Shown: positions 1-10,693 of the stretch, in pieces | How positions within the stretch are numbered: position 1 is the stretch's first letter | Layout: each line of letters begins with the position of its first letter | NCBI GenBank assembly: GCA_036491275.1 | Contig: DASXCH010000157.1 | Span: 8,902-72,901 of the forward strand | DNA: 64,000 nt | Source: Caulobacteraceae bacterium | GTDB taxonomy: Bacteria > Pseudomonadota > Alphaproteobacteria > Caulobacterales > Caulobacteraceae | Direction of reading: 5' to 3' | The notes under the pieces: generated by a model | Database searches by the model: none | What the model saw: the letters and a program-made list of their open reading frames with translations, nothing else | Told to the model about the DNA's origin: nothing | Program-made: the position numbers and the translations under genes

Positions 1-17
1 AACGGGAAGGCGCTCAT
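1..17 (-). CDS. 5' end of next gene, probably tRNA-guanine transglycosylase (runs off window)
   Basis: ATG at 17 overlaps queA stop (ATGA), reads MSAFP(F). tgt usually follows queA in alphaproteobacteria. Only 5-6 codons are visible. Confidence 0.5.
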
Positions 18-1090
18 CGGGCTCGCCAGATCAGTGAAGCATCTCCGTAGGAATAGAAGCGATAGCCCTGCCTCACGGCGTGAGCATAGGCGGCCTTCAT
101 CCGGCTGATCCCGGCAAAGGCGCAGACGAGGACAAAAAGGGTCGACCTGGGCAGGTGAAAGTTCGTCACAAGGGCGTCGGCGACCTGAAACTTGAAACCC
201 GGCTTGATGAACAGGCGCGTCTCGCCGGAGAAGGCCTGGACGCGCCCGTCCTCACCAGCCGCGCTTTCGAGCAGGCGCAGGCTTGTGGTGCCGACGCAGA
301 CGATGCGCCCGCCGGCGGCTCGCGTTTGATTGAGCGACTCGGCAACGCCGGCTGAAACCTCGCCACTCTCCCCATGCATGCGGTGCTCTTCCAGAGTCTC
401 GGTCTTGACCGGAAGAAAGGTCCCGGCGCCGACGTGGAGGGTGACGAAATGGAGGCCGATCCCGGCTTGCCGAAGCTGTTCAAGCAGCTCCGGCGTGAAA
501 TGCAGTCCGGCGGTCGGCGCCGCCACCGAGCCGGCGAGGCGGGCGAAGACCGTCTGGTAGTCGATGAAATCCTGCTCGTCTTCCGCCCTGCGGCCGGCGA
601 TGTAAGGCGGCAGGGGCATCAGCCCCCGCTCGGCGACGGCGTCGTCCAGCGCCGCACCCGACAGGTCGAATTCCAGCGTCGCCTCGCCGTGCTCGCCACG
701 TTCGATGACCGTCGCGTCGAGTTGTGAGAGCAGGCAGGCCCGGTCGTCGCGCTCACCGAAGGCGATGCGATCGCCCGGCTTGAGGCGCTTGGCGGGGCGG
801 ACGAAGGCGCTCCACCGCGAGTCCGTCGCGCGCTTGAGCAGGGTCGTCTCGATCCGGGCCGTCAGGCCCTCCCGCGAGCGGATCCCGACGAGCCTGGCGG
901 GAATGACCTCGGTATCGTTGAACACCACCGCATCGCCGGCGCGCAGGCATTGCGGGAGGCCGGCGACCACCCGGTCGATCAGCGATCCATCCTCGCCCAC
1001 CTCCAGCATTCGCGCGGTGTCGCGCGGATGGGCCGGTCTCAGGGCGATGCGGTCCTCGGGCAGATCGAACTCGAAGTCGGCGATCTTCAT
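14..1090 (-). CDS. queA: S-adenosylmethionine:tRNA ribosyltransferase-isomerase
   Basis: 358 aa; DFEFDLP start, [69 protein letters not shown]. Confidence 0.97.
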   Translation of the reverse strand: MKIADFEFDLPEDRIALRPAHPRDTARMLEVGEDGSLIDRVVAGLPQCLRAGDAVVFNDTEVIPARLVGIRSREGLTARIETTLLKRATDSRWSAFVRPAKRLKPGDRIAFGERDDRACLLSQLDATVIERGEHGEATLEFDLSGAALDDAVAERGLMPLPPYIAGRRAEDEQDFIDYQTVFARLAGSVAAPTAGLHFTPELLEQLRQAGIGLHFVTLHVGAGTFLPVKTETLEEHRMHGESGEVSAGVAESLNQTRAAGGRIVCVGTTSLRLLESAAGEDGRVQAFSGETRLFIKPGFKFQVADALVTNFHLPRSTLFVLVCAFAGISRMKAAYAHAVRQGYRFYSYGDASLIWRAR

Positions 1091-1190
1091 TGCTCGCGCG
1101 TTTCCTTCGCCGCCTGGTGCGCGTCAAGGGCGAGCCCTGCGGCAAGCGGCCGGCTATGCGTCGCCAGGCGCGGCCTGTAAGCAGCCGCCC

Positions 1191-2132
1191 ATGGACCTCC
1201 TGCGCGCGGTCGCTTTTCTCCTGGCCGCCGGATCGGCGCTGGTGGCGGCGCTTTCGCTGGGCGGAGCGGTCAGTGACAAGCTGGACCTGTTCGCCCAGGC
1301 TTCGCCGGCGTGGCTGGTCGCCAGCCTGGTCGCCCTGATCGCCCTGGCGTTGACGGGCGCCGGCCGCGTAGGCATGGCCCTGGCCGCCTTTGCCCTGATC
1401 GTTTCGCTCGCCCTGATCGCGCCGGATGTGATCGCCGGCCTCGCACTGCGTCACGCGGCCGGCGGGCGCCAGACGCTGAAGCTCGTCCAACTCAATGTCT
1501 GGGACCGCAACCGCGATCCGGCCGCCACCGCGGCCTGGCTGCGGGCGCAAAAGGCGGACATTCTCGTCCTCGAGGAATTCGGCGATGGCGCCGTGCCGAC
1601 GGCGCTGGGCGATGCCTATCCCTATGGCACGATCTGCGCCCAAGGCTGCGCCACGGTGATCCTTTCGCGCAGGCCGCTTTCGGCGAGCGGAATCATCGAC
1701 TGGCCGGGGCTCGGACCTCGCCATACCGGCGCCTGGGCCAGCTTTGGCCAGGGCGCGGACGCCTTCGTTGTCGCCGGCGCTCACTACCGGTGGCCGATCC
1801 CGGCCGGCCCGCAGCGCGAGCAGGCCCGCAGATTCGTCGCGGCGCTCGCCCCCTTCGACAGGAAGAGCCTCATCGTCGCCGGCGACTTCAATCTCAACCC
1901 CTGGTCGTTCGGCCTTCGCCGACAGGACAAGGCCCTGGGCATTCCCCGGATCACCCACGCCCTCTTCTCCTGGCCGGCGGGGCCGATCTCGCACTGGCGG
2001 CTCAACCTGCCGTTCCCGGTCCTGGCGCTCGACCAGATCTATGCCGGGCCAGACTGGAAGGTGGTCAGCGTCACCCGGGGACCCGTGCTTGGCTCAGACC
2101 ACTATCCGGTGGTCGCCGTCCTGACGCGCTAG
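1191..2132 (+). CDS. Endonuclease/exonuclease/phosphatase family membrane protein
   Basis: Start MDLLRAVAF at 1191; three N-terminal TM segments; QLNV, ADILVLEE, IVAGDFN, LALDQIY, LGSDHYPV motifs. Confidence 0.85.
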   Translation: MDLLRAVAFLLAAGSALVAALSLGGAVSDKLDLFAQASPAWLVASLVALIALALTGAGRVGMALAAFALIVSLALIAPDVIAGLALRHAAGGRQTLKLVQLNVWDRNRDPAATAAWLRAQKADILVLEEFGDGAVPTALGDAYPYGTICAQGCATVILSRRPLSASGIIDWPGLGPRHTGAWASFGQGADAFVVAGAHYRWPIPAGPQREQARRFVAALAPFDRKSLIVAGDFNLNPWSFGLRRQDKALGIPRITHALFSWPAGPISHWRLNLPFPVLALDQIYAGPDWKVVSVTRGPVLGSDHYPVVAVLTR

Positions 2133-2239
2133 GTCGAAGTCCGCGAGAACGCGAACGTTTCTTGCGAGGAGACGACCTCAAGCATCTGATTTCAAGCGAT
2201 GATCTGTTCTCAGGCAGCGTCGCCTGATCGCGTCGTGAT

Positions 2240-2704
2240 CTAGGCTTCGGCGACGCGCATCGAGACGATCTTGCCGGGGTTTCTCGGCGGCTCGCCCTTG
2301 GGCAGGGCGTCGATGTGCTCCATGCCTGAGACCACCTCGCCCCACACCGTGTACTGGCGGTCGAGGAAGCGGGAATCCGCAAGACAGACGAAGAACTGGC
2401 TGTTGGCCGTGTCCGGCGCCTGCGTGCGGGCCATGGAACAGACTCCGCGCGAGTGCGGCGCGGACGAGAACTCGGCTTTCAGGTTCGGTTTGTTCGAGCC
2501 GCCGCGACCGGTGCCCGTGGGATCGCCGCCCTGAGCCATGAAGCCGTCGATCACACGGTGGAAGACAACCCCGTCGTAGAACCCCTCGGCCGCCAGCTCC
2601 TTGATGCGGGCGACGTGACCCGGGGCGAGGTCGGGGCGCAGGCGGATGGTCACCGGACCGTTTTCGAGAGTCATGATCAGGGATTCGTCAGGCATGGGGC
2701 TCAC
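2240..2704 (-). CDS. Peptidyl-prolyl cis-trans isomerase, cyclophilin type
   Basis: FYDGVVFHRVIDGFMAQGGDPTGTG, SMART, ANSQFF, QYTVWGEV. Confidence 0.95.
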   Translation of the reverse strand: MSPMPDESLIMTLENGPVTIRLRPDLAPGHVARIKELAAEGFYDGVVFHRVIDGFMAQGGDPTGTGRGGSNKPNLKAEFSSAPHSRGVCSMARTQAPDTANSQFFVCLADSRFLDRQYTVWGEVVSGMEHIDALPKGEPPRNPGKIVSMRVAEA

Positions 2705-3546
2705 TTCACTTGGCTGGGAAGGTTAAGGTCGCAGGGCGAAAGGCCGACCAGCTTTTCCGCCTTCACGCGGGCGACTTCGGCGGTGAACCACGGGCTGTCG
2801 GTGTCGATGACCCGCACGCTTGGACGCTCCGCCGGAGGGATGTCGGCCAGGATCCGCACCTTCAACATCTTGTCCTGGGGCGGCGCGACCGGTTCACCGG
2901 TCTTGATCGACTTGACTACGTCCTCGCCGGCGATGACTCGACCAACAGCGGTGTACTGGCCGTCCAGGTTGTGTTGCGCATTGCGCATCAGAAAAAACTG
3001 GCTGTTGCCGCTGCCCGGATCCTGGGCCCGGGCCATGCCGACGACTCCGGTGCAGAACATCGGCGCGGCGCTGACCGTGTGGTCGACAGTCATTGCCGCC
3101 AGGGCGGCGGGCTGGCTCATCACCGGCAAGGCGCCGATGAAGCCCTTTTCGCGGCCGCCTTCCGAATCGATGACGATCATCGGCGTCGCGCCGCCGCGCC
3201 GGAACGTGAATTCGCCCGGGAGGTTGGGCCTGGTCGAGCCGCCCTGGCCATTGTCCTGCGGATCGCCGGTCTGGTCCATGAAATCGTCGATCACCCGGAA
3301 GAAGGCGCGGCCGTCGTAGAACCCGGTCCGGGCCAGGTCGCGGACCTGGGCGACGGACTTGGGCGCCGCCAGCGGCGTCAGCTCGACGATAATGCGCCCC
3401 TTGTTGGTGTCGATCACCAGCACGTTCTGCGGATCGGGCGTGCGCCAATCGGCCTCGGACGGGGCTGCAGGCGATGGGGGCGGGGCGGCGAAGGCTGGGG
3501 CCGTCAAGAGCAGCGCGGCGGCAAGAACGGCGAGGCGCAAAATCAT
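2701..3546 (-). CDS. Exported cyclophilin-type peptidyl-prolyl isomerase
   Basis: Signal peptide; FYDGRAFFRVIDDFMDQTGDP, VGMAR, GNSQFF, YTAVGRV. Confidence 0.93.
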   Translation of the reverse strand: MILRLAVLAAALLLTAPAFAAPPPSPAAPSEADWRTPDPQNVLVIDTNKGRIIVELTPLAAPKSVAQVRDLARTGFYDGRAFFRVIDDFMDQTGDPQDNGQGGSTRPNLPGEFTFRRGGATPMIVIDSEGGREKGFIGALPVMSQPAALAAMTVDHTVSAAPMFCTGVVGMARAQDPGSGNSQFFLMRNAQHNLDGQYTAVGRVIAGEDVVKSIKTGEPVAPPQDKMLKVRILADIPPAERPSVRVIDTDSPWFTAEVARVKAEKLVGLSPCDLNLPSQVK

Positions 3547-3592
3547 TGCGCCCGCCTATAGCGGCGCCCGGCCGGCGACAAGGGGCCGGTTC

Positions 3593-4087
3593 TCAGACTT
3601 TGCCGAACTTGGCCACCAGGCGCCGCGCCACGCCCGGCGGCACGAAGCGCGAGATGTCGCCCCTCATGGAGACGATATCTTTGACAAGGCTGGACGCGAG
3701 GGCCTGATGGCGCGGATCGGCCATGAGGAAGACGGTCTCGATGTCGCGGTCGAGTTGCTGATTCATCGCCGTCATTCGGAACTCGTACTCGAAGTCGGCG
3801 ACGGCCCTTAAGCCCCGGATGACCATCTGCGCCCCCACCTCGCGGGCGAAGTGAATGGTGAGGTTGTCGTAGGTGCGCACCTCGACCTCAGTGACCTTGG
3901 CGCACTCGTGTGTCTCTTCGCGGATGATCTCGACCCGTTCCTCGAGCGAGAACAGCGGCGATTTGGCGGGATTGACGGCAATACCGATGATCAGCTTGTC
4001 AACCAGCTTCACCGCCCGACTGATGATATCGAGGTGACCGTTCGTCACCGGATCGAAGGTGCCCGGATAGAGTGCGATGCGCTTCAC
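3593..4087 (-). CDS. coaD: Pantetheine-phosphate adenylyltransferase
   Basis: [29 protein letters not shown]. Confidence 0.97.
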   Translation of the reverse strand: MKRIALYPGTFDPVTNGHLDIISRAVKLVDKLIIGIAVNPAKSPLFSLEERVEIIREETHECAKVTEVEVRTYDNLTIHFAREVGAQMVIRGLRAVADFEYEFRMTAMNQQLDRDIETVFLMADPRHQALASSLVKDIVSMRGDISRFVPPGVARRLVAKFGKV

Positions 4088-6912
4088 GGCGCTCCCTCCG
4101 CCTCGCCGGCCGGCGTGTCCGGCCCCACTTCGCCATTCCCGTCTCCAGGCCCCGGGCCGCCTTCCCCGCCATCATCGCCCCCGCCGATTTCGTCATCGTC
4201 GTCGGCGCCTTCCACCCGCTCGATCGAGACCACATGCTCGTCCTCGGCGGTGCGGAAGATGGTCACGCCCTGGGTGTTGCGCCCGGCGATCCGGATCTGG
4301 GCGACGCGAACGCGGATCAGCTGGCCCTGGTCGGTGACCAGCAGCAGCTGGTCTGCATCCTCCACCGGAAACGAAGCCACCAGACGGCCGCCGCGCCTCG
4401 ACAGGTCCTGGGCGATCAGCCCCTGCCCGCCACGGCCCGTCCGCCTATAGTCGTAGGCTGAGGTCCGCTTGCCAAAGCCCTCGGAAGAGACAGAGAGGAT
4501 GAATTCCTCTGCGCCGCCCAGCTCGGCGATCCGCTCCAGGCTGAGCGAGACCGATCCATCCAGGGCTTCATCCTCCTCCTCCGGCGGCGGTACGGGCTCT
4601 TCGCTCTCGCCGCTGGCGGCGGCCCTCATGGCGCTGGCGTGGCGCAAGTAGGCCGCCCGCTCGGCAGGCGCGGCGTCGACGGCGCGCAGTATGGCCATGG
4701 AGAGCGCGGTATCGTCCTTGGCCAGGCGGATGCCCCTGACACCCGTTGAATCGCGGCCGGCGAACACCCGCACGTCGGCTACCGGAAAGCGGATGCAGCG
4801 TCCCAGAGCGGAGCTGAGAAGCACGTCTTCGCTCTTCACGCACAGGGCGACGCCGATGATCGCATCGCCCTCGTCTAGCTTCATGGCGATCTTGCCGCCG
4901 CGGTGGATCTGGGCGAAGTCGGAAAGCTTGTTTCGTCTCACCCGACCTGAGCGGGTGGCGAACATAAGGTCGTAGTTGTCCCAGGTCGCCTCGTCTTCCG
5001 GCAGGGCGAGGATCGAGGTCATCGTCTCGCCGGGCTCGATCGGAAACAAATTCACAAAGGCCTTCCCGCGCGCGGTCGGCGCGCCTATCGGCAACCGCCA
5101 GACCTTCAGCTTGTAGGCCTTGCCACCGGAGGAGAAGAACAGCATCGGCGCGTGAGTCGAGGCCGAGAAGACGCGGGTCACCGCATCCTCTTCCTTGGTC
5201 GACATCCCCGAGCGGCCTTTGCCGCCGCGATGCTGGGTGCGGTAGGTGGTCAGGGGCGTGCGCTTGACATAGCCGCCGTGGGTCACGGTGATGACCATGT
5301 CCTCGCGGGCGATCAGGTCCTCGTCTTCGACTTCCGCGTCGCCCTCGACGATAGCGGTGCGCCTTGGCGTCGCGAACGCCTCCTTCACCTCCACAAGTTC
5401 GGCCCTGACAACGCTGAGGATCGCCTCGCGCGAGGACAGCAGGTCCAGGTGTTCGCGGATCCGCGCCGCCAGCTCGCGCGCCTCGTCGAAGATCTCTTCG
5501 CGGCCAAGCCCGGTGAGGCGCGACAGGGTCAGGGCCAGGATGGCGCGCGTCTGCTCGTCGGTAAGCCGCACATTGGCCCCGTCGACCACGATCGTCCTGG
5601 GATCGGCCACCAATGCGATCAGGTCGGCCATGTCGCCGATAGGCCAGTCGCGGTCCGTCAGGCGCTCTCGAGCTTCGGCCGGATCCTTCGACGAGCGGAT
5701 GATATGAATCACCTCGTCAATGTTCACGACCGCGATGGCGAGGCCGACGAGAAGGTGGGCGCGGTCCCGCGCCTTGGCCAACTCGAAACGCGTGCGCCGA
5801 ACGACCACCTCCTCGCGGAAGGCGAGGAACTCGTCCAGCATCTCGCGCAGGCCCATCTGCTGCGGACGGCCGTGATTGAGGGCCAACGCGTTCACAGCGA
5901 ACTGGCTCTGCAGCGGCGTGAATCGGTAGAGCTGGTTCAGCACAACCTCGCCGCTGGCGTCGCGCTTCAGCTCGATCACCACTCGCATCCCGGAGCGGTC
6001 GCTCTCATCGCGCAGGTCGGCGATGCCCTCGACGCGCTTGTCGCGCACCAGTTCGGCGATGCGCTCGACCATGGCCGCCTTGTTCACCTGGTAGGGGATG
6101 GCGGTGACGATGATCGCCTCTCGGTCCTTGCGCACCTCCTCGATGGTCGCCACGCCGCGCAGGGTCACCGAGCCGCGGCCGGTCATCAGCGCGGCCCTGG
6201 CGCCCGTGCGGCCGATGATTTCGCCGCCGGTCGGGAAATCTGGCCCCGGGACCATGTCCAACAACTCGTCGAGCAGGATGTCCGGCCGGTCGATCAGCGC
6301 CAGGCAGGCGTCGATCACCTCGCCGAGATTATGCGGCGGGATGTTGGTCGCCATGCCCACGGCGATGCCGGCCGCGCCGTTCACCAGCAGGTTCGGGATG
6401 CGCGAGGGCAGGACGACCGGCTCCTGCTCCTTGCCGTCGTAATTGTCCTTGAAATCGACCGTGTCGAGATCGAGGTCGGCCAGGATGGACATGGAGGCCC
6501 GGGTCAGGCGGCACTCGGAATAGCGCATGGCCGCCGGCGGATCATTGTCCACCGAGCCGAAATTGCCCTGGCCGTCGATCAGCAGCAGGCCCATGGAAAA
6601 CGGCTGGGCCATGCGCACGAGGGTGTCGTAGATCGAAAGATCGCCGTGCGGGTGATACTTGCCCATCACGTCGCCGACCACCCGCGCAGACTTGACGTAG
6701 GACCGGTCCGGCGTGTGGCCCTGCTCGTTCATCGAATAGAGGATGCGCCGTTGGACGGGCTTGAGACCGTCGCGCACGTCGGGCAGAGCCCGGCTCACGA
6801 TCACGCTCATGGCGTAGTCGAGGTACGACTTGCGGACCTCTTGCTCGATCGAAATCGGGGCTACGTGACCGCGCCGGCCGTCATCGGGCGGAGGGGTCGT
6901 CTGGTCGGTCAA
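4084..6912 (-). CDS. gyrA: DNA gyrase subunit A
   Basis: [27 protein letters not shown] catalytic Tyr, GyrA-box QHRGGKG, acidic tail. Confidence 0.98.
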   Translation of the reverse strand: MTDQTTPPPDDGRRGHVAPISIEQEVRKSYLDYAMSVIVSRALPDVRDGLKPVQRRILYSMNEQGHTPDRSYVKSARVVGDVMGKYHPHGDLSIYDTLVRMAQPFSMGLLLIDGQGNFGSVDNDPPAAMRYSECRLTRASMSILADLDLDTVDFKDNYDGKEQEPVVLPSRIPNLLVNGAAGIAVGMATNIPPHNLGEVIDACLALIDRPDILLDELLDMVPGPDFPTGGEIIGRTGARAALMTGRGSVTLRGVATIEEVRKDREAIIVTAIPYQVNKAAMVERIAELVRDKRVEGIADLRDESDRSGMRVVIELKRDASGEVVLNQLYRFTPLQSQFAVNALALNHGRPQQMGLREMLDEFLAFREEVVVRRTRFELAKARDRAHLLVGLAIAVVNIDEVIHIIRSSKDPAEARERLTDRDWPIGDMADLIALVADPRTIVVDGANVRLTDEQTRAILALTLSRLTGLGREEIFDEARELAARIREHLDLLSSREAILSVVRAELVEVKEAFATPRRTAIVEGDAEVEDEDLIAREDMVITVTHGGYVKRTPLTTYRTQHRGGKGRSGMSTKEEDAVTRVFSASTHAPMLFFSSGGKAYKLKVWRLPIGAPTARGKAFVNLFPIEPGETMTSILALPEDEATWDNYDLMFATRSGRVRRNKLSDFAQIHRGGKIAMKLDEGDAIIGVALCVKSEDVLLSSALGRCIRFPVADVRVFAGRDSTGVRGIRLAKDDTALSMAILRAVDAAPAERAAYLRHASAMRAAASGESEEPVPPPEEEDEALDGSVSLSLERIAELGGAEEFILSVSSEGFGKRTSAYDYRRTGRGGQGLIAQDLSRRGGRLVASFPVEDADQLLLVTDQGQLIRVRVAQIRIAGRNTQGVTIFRTAEDEHVVSIERVEGADDDDEIGGGDDGGEGGPGPGDGNGEVGPDTPAGEAEGAP

Positions 6913-7069
6913 ATCAGGCGTCCGCCTTCCGGAATCTAGTCATGGAGAATCGGACCGCGCGTCCGGCTCCGCTTCTATCAGCCGGCGGGTCGAAAGGCTA
7001 ATTTGCCGGGCCGGTCTCCCCCCGAAGGGGGGAGAAAACGCCGGCCGCTCCAGGGCCCAGCCCCGATTC

Positions 7070-7534
7070 CTAGAACGGAATCTCGTCGTCCATGTCAGCG
7101 CTGAAGTCCTCGCGCGGACCAGAGCCACCGGCCTTGGGCCCGGCCGCATAGCCGCCGGCGTCGAACTCGCGCGCGCCATCCTGGCGGCCATCGAGCATGG
7201 TCAGCTCGCCGCGAAATTTCTGCAGCACGACCTCGGTCGAAAACTTCTCGACTCCGGCCTGGTCGGTGTACTTGCGCGTCTGCAGCGCGCCCTCGATGTA
7301 GATCTTCGAGCCCTTGTGCAGATAGTTCTCAGCCACCTTCACCAGATTGTCGTTGAAGATCACCACCCGGTGCCATTCGGTGCGTTCCTTGCGCTCGCCG
7401 CTGTTGCGATCGCGCCAGGTTTCGGAGGTGGCGAGGTTGAGATTGGCGACCTTGTCGCCGGAGTTGAGCGTCCGGATCTCGGGATCGCGCCCCAGGTTGC
7501 CGACCAGGATGACCTTGTTGATGCTGCCGGACAT
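7070..7534 (-). CDS. ssb: Single-stranded DNA-binding protein
   Basis: MSGSINKVILVGNLGRDPE, TEWHRVV, C-terminal DDEIPF; ATG at 7534. Confidence 0.97.
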   Translation of the reverse strand: MSGSINKVILVGNLGRDPEIRTLNSGDKVANLNLATSETWRDRNSGERKERTEWHRVVIFNDNLVKVAENYLHKGSKIYIEGALQTRKYTDQAGVEKFSTEVVLQKFRGELTMLDGRQDGAREFDAGGYAAGPKAGGSGPREDFSADMDDEIPF

Positions 7535-7623
7535 GGTCCGTCTCCTTGTGCTTGCCCGGCGACCGAGACGCGCCGGAATCTGCCCTGACAATTAGCAGGT
7601 CCTGTCGGCCACGCAAGACCGAT

Positions 7624-7638
7624 GTTCTGTTTTTGTTC
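7624..7638. promoter_or_regulatory. LexA (SOS) box upstream of ssb
   Basis: GTTC-TGTTTTT-GTTC is an exact alphaproteobacterial GTTC-N7-GTTC box, about 90 bp upstream of the ssb start. Confidence 0.85.
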
Positions 7639-7655
7639 AGCCCAAGTCGCGCCGC

Positions 7656-8057
7656 CTACTGGCTGTCGCCGCCGCCTTGCTGAGGCATTGCGCCGGGGAT
7701 GGCCAGACGTCCGTCGCCGGTGCGCACCATGAACGGGTACTGGTAGCCATTGAGCGCCTGGGCCGTGAACACGCCATAGCGGTTGAGGAACAGGAACTGC
7801 CCCTGATAGGCGCCGGTTATATCTCCCTGAGGCACGCCCAGAGACTGGAAGCTGACACGCATCTTCTCCAGGGCGGCGGCACAGTGCTCGAGGTCCGGCA
7901 CGCCCGTCGCCAATTGGTTGAACTTGGGCGGCGCTTTCGGCGGCTGGACCATATGCCAGCACACGCCGCGATCCTCGGGCGCCTCGATCTGCTTCTGGCA
8001 GCCGCCGAGCGAGGCGAACGCCACGAGAACGCCGGCGAATGCGTAAGACTTGGTCAT
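7656..8057 (-). CDS. Conserved hypothetical lipoprotein
   Basis: GGAGG RBS; MTKSYAFAGVLVAFASLGGC lipobox-like; 133 aa. Confidence 0.75.
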   Translation of the reverse strand: MTKSYAFAGVLVAFASLGGCQKQIEAPEDRGVCWHMVQPPKAPPKFNQLATGVPDLEHCAAALEKMRVSFQSLGVPQGDITGAYQGQFLFLNRYGVFTAQALNGYQYPFMVRTGDGRLAIPGAMPQQGGGDSQ

Positions 8058-8064
8058 GGCCTCC

Positions 8065-8793
8065 TCACCCGAGGTCGGGGATGGCGCAGGCGCCGGTCTG
8101 CACGACGAGCGTGCGGAAATTGCCGCCGTCGTCCGATATCTCCACCTTGCCGAGCACCAGACGCAAGGACTTGTTTCCCCAGCGGCCATAGACGGCCGCG
8201 CCCGGGGCCTCGCACTGGCCGGCGAATAGGGTCTGGACGCAGGCGCCGAGCGTGGCGACGCCGGGCGTGCGGCTCCAGCGGCCGCCATCATGCGCGTAGC
8301 AAGGCCTGGCGACCGCCGCGCCCGCTGTGTCCTCGTCGGCGCTCGTCATCGCCTCGTCGCTGGAGGCCGCGTCAGCCTCGCTCGGCGGCGGGGGCGGCGG
8401 CGGGATCGTCAGGTTGGACGGCGCGGCGGATGCGGCCAGTCCGCCGCTCGGGGTCACGCCAACATCGAGCGCCCCGGTGGCGACGCCATTCTTCCTGGCG
8501 CAGCCGGCGACGGTCATTTCACCGGCCAGGCGGCCTCCGACGTAGCATTTGAGCAGCTGCGCCGGGTCCAGCTTCTGGATCGCTTCATGCCCGGTTTGGA
8601 CGACTAGCCCGCCTTCGGAGGCGGGAGGCGATCCCGCGTCGGCGTCGGGACGCAGCGCGACGCCAATGGCCAGAGCGAGGCCGGCCAGCAAGGCGATGGC
8701 CGCGCCGGAAATGAGCTGCACGCGCCGGTCCTTCAGGAGGGCGCCGGCCGTGCCGGCGATTTGTCGCATTCGCCGGTCTTTCAGGTTTGGCAT
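8065..8793 (-). CDS. Hypothetical membrane-anchored protein with Cys-containing domains and Pro-rich linker
   Basis: Single N-terminal TM, PPPPPPP linker, Cys pairs; start may be a later ATG (MRQIAG). Confidence 0.7.
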   Translation of the reverse strand: MPNLKDRRMRQIAGTAGALLKDRRVQLISGAAIALLAGLALAIGVALRPDADAGSPPASEGGLVVQTGHEAIQKLDPAQLLKCYVGGRLAGEMTVAGCARKNGVATGALDVGVTPSGGLAASAAPSNLTIPPPPPPPSEADAASSDEAMTSADEDTAGAAVARPCYAHDGGRWSRTPGVATLGACVQTLFAGQCEAPGAAVYGRWGNKSLRLVLGKVEISDDGGNFRTLVVQTGACAIPDLG

Positions 8794-8856
8794 GTCCGGT
8801 CCGGTTTCCGGGATTGGTTTCGGCGTCCGCGCCCCCTGGTACGCCGCGAAGAGGGC

Positions 8857-9075
8857 CTATTTGAAGCGGTAGGTGATGCGGCCCTTTGAAAAGTCATAAG
8901 GCGTCATTTCCACCAGGACTTTGTCACCCGCTAGCACACGGATGCGGTTCTTGCGCATCTTGCCGGCGGTGTGGGCGATGATCTCGTGGTCGTTTTCCAG
9001 TTTCACCCGAAAGGTCGCATTGGGCAGCAACTCACTTATCGTGCCCGGCAGTTCGAGCAGATCCTCTTTCGCCAT
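8857..9075 (-). CDS. infA: Translation initiation factor IF-1
   Basis: [11 protein letters not shown]...[45 protein letters not shown]; 72 aa. Confidence 0.97.
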   Translation of the reverse strand: MAKEDLLELPGTISELLPNATFRVKLENDHEIIAHTAGKMRKNRIRVLAGDKVLVEMTPYDFSKGRITYRFK

Positions 9076-9243
9076 CCTTTTCCTCGAGGCGGTTAATACG
9101 AAGCACGGCCCGCGCGTTCCATGTCGCGAGAGCCGTGCGCTCAAGCTGATCATATCGCACGAGATCGGTTGAGGTCGATGTTCGCTCGGGGTATCGCCAA
9201 AGGCCCGGGTCAGGTGTGGGTTTGTCTCCGGGAAGGACGGTTT

Positions 9244-10200
9244 ATGGCGGCGCGCGATCAGCTTCTCATTCTGCCCATTTTGAGCCTCCTCCTTGGCGGC
9301 GGAGTCGGCGCGGCGCGGGCGGCGGACTCCTCCCCGGATTCGCCGGCGATGGCGTGCGGCCACCGGTTGAGCCCGCCCGTGCTGGCCGAATGGAACGCCC
9401 TCGGCGGCGCCAAGGGCGATCTTGGCTGTCCCACCGAAGACGAATCGCCAGGCTCGACATCGCCCCAGGGTTCCAGGGCCGACGAAGCCGACTTTCCCCG
9501 CGGCATGATCGTCTGGCACGCCAGCGGCCCCAGGAAAGGCCAGACCTACGCGATCACCGGCTGCATCTGGCGTCTGTACTTCCAGTTCGGCGGCCCTTCC
9601 GGATGGCTCGGCCTGCCCATCGCCGAAAAGGAGAACTTCCCGGACGGCCAGCGTCAGAGCTTCGAAGGCGGCCGCATCACCTACGAGCGGGCAACCGATT
9701 CCTGTGACGCCGAGCATACCAGCGAGATTGCCGCCGCTGCGCCGTCGCCTCCGACCGCGGAAGCCACGCCGCTCGCCACCAGCCCGCTTGACTCCTTTCT
9801 CGATCCGACCCGCGGCGATCACCTCAGCGCGGCCTCGACGAGCGTCGCCGACACAGCTCTGGCGGCTCACTACCAGCGCATTGGCCCGCAGGCCCGCGTG
9901 CTCGCTGTCGGCGGCGGCGGGACCGCGCCGCTCAAGCTGTTCTGGAACGACACCAAGGGCGACCATGTGATCACCGCCACCGACGAGGGCGAGCGTGACG
10001 CTTTTGCAGCCGGCTATGAGTTCGAGGCCTCTCAGGGGTTCGTCTGGACCGGTCCCCATCCTGGATCGATCGCCCTCAAGCAGTACGCTGATCCGGCAAG
10101 CGGCCATCACTGGCTGACAGCCAGCCCCGACGAGGAGGCTCAGGCCAAGGCGGCGGGCTTCCATTTCGTCCGCATCGAAGGCTATGCCCCCACCCCATAG
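9244..10200 (+). CDS. Secreted protein with two LGFP repeats and a C-terminal three-fold repeat (DUF5648/beta-trefoil-like) domain
   Basis: Signal peptide; [19 protein letters not shown]...FPRGMIVW and [19 protein letters not shown]...[10 protein letters not shown]; C-terminal DH-containing repeats. Confidence 0.75.
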   Translation: MAARDQLLILPILSLLLGGGVGAARAADSSPDSPAMACGHRLSPPVLAEWNALGGAKGDLGCPTEDESPGSTSPQGSRADEADFPRGMIVWHASGPRKGQTYAITGCIWRLYFQFGGPSGWLGLPIAEKENFPDGQRQSFEGGRITYERATDSCDAEHTSEIAAAAPSPPTAEATPLATSPLDSFLDPTRGDHLSAASTSVADTALAAHYQRIGPQARVLAVGGGGTAPLKLFWNDTKGDHVITATDEGERDAFAAGYEFEASQGFVWTGPHPGSIALKQYADPASGHHWLTASPDEEAQAKAAGFHFVRIEGYAPTP

Positions 10201-10243
10201 GGCAGATGGCCAGTTTTCCAGTCTTGAACCTCGTTCCGGCCGC

Positions 10244-10693
10244 CTAACCGCCGAACGTCCGGACGGGCGGGAAGCGCTCGCGGATGCGCGCCTCGAGCGC
10301 GTGGCGCACTTCGCGATAAGCTCCCAGGATCGTCTCCCGCGAGCCTTGCGTCAGGGTCGGGTCCTGCGTCGGCCAATACTCCAGCTTGATGGGCCGGTCT
10401 CTGGCGAATTCCACCGCGCGATGTTGCGCCTCGGGGCTCAATGAGACGATGACCCCAAAATCCCTCGGATCGAGATCATCGAAGCTCTTGGGCTCGCGGG
10501 CGGAAACGTCGACGCCGATCTCGTCCATCACCGTCGCCACGAAGGGATCGGGCAGCGCGTCCAGATCCACCGTCAGGCCACAGCTCTCAACCTTCAAACG
10601 TGGTCCATGGAGCCAGTGCGCCACGCCTTCGGCCATCGGCGAGCGTATGCGGTTGAGGCCGCAGGCGAACAGAACCCCGGCAGGCATCGTCAA
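10244..10693 (-). CDS. Low-molecular-weight phosphatase / ArsC-like protein
   Basis: [14 protein letters not shown] (CX5RS), WPTQDP. Confidence 0.88.
   Translation of the reverse strand: MTMPAGVLFACGLNRIRSPMAEGVAHWLHGPRLKVESCGLTVDLDALPDPFVATVMDEIGVDVSAREPKSFDDLDPRDFGVIVSLSPEAQHRAVEFARDRPIKLEYWPTQDPTLTQGSRETILGAYREVRHALEARIRERFPPVRTFGG

Noticed and set aside
705-2132. Long N-terminal extensions in the ORF track (705-2132, 8857-10164, 32233-33825, 53455-55350, 42314-43294, 34730-36019)
   Set aside because: The upstream parts overlap other real genes; true starts were assigned at internal codons.
2133-2239. Possible gene remnant between the EEP gene and the cyclophilin
   Set aside because: Short open frames without a start or a recognisable motif.
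4540-4680. Insertion in the GyrA C-terminal domain and acidic tail as a novelty or intein
   Set aside because: A similar CTD insert is common in alphaproteobacterial GyrA, and there are no intein motifs.
5152-6939. 595-aa plus-strand ORF, and similar long ORFs at 36660-39641, 25909-27906, 55377-57371, 10702-12018 and 46959-48311
   Set aside because: They are antisense shadows of gyrA, putA, the sulfotransferase, the MFS, hisD and the GH3. Stop-codon scarcity in high-GC DNA explains them, and they carry no motifs.
7015-7035. Strong hairpin after ssb as an intrinsic terminator
   Set aside because: The T-tract lies on the wrong side of the stem for the minus strand; more likely an mRNA-stabilising UUCG stem.
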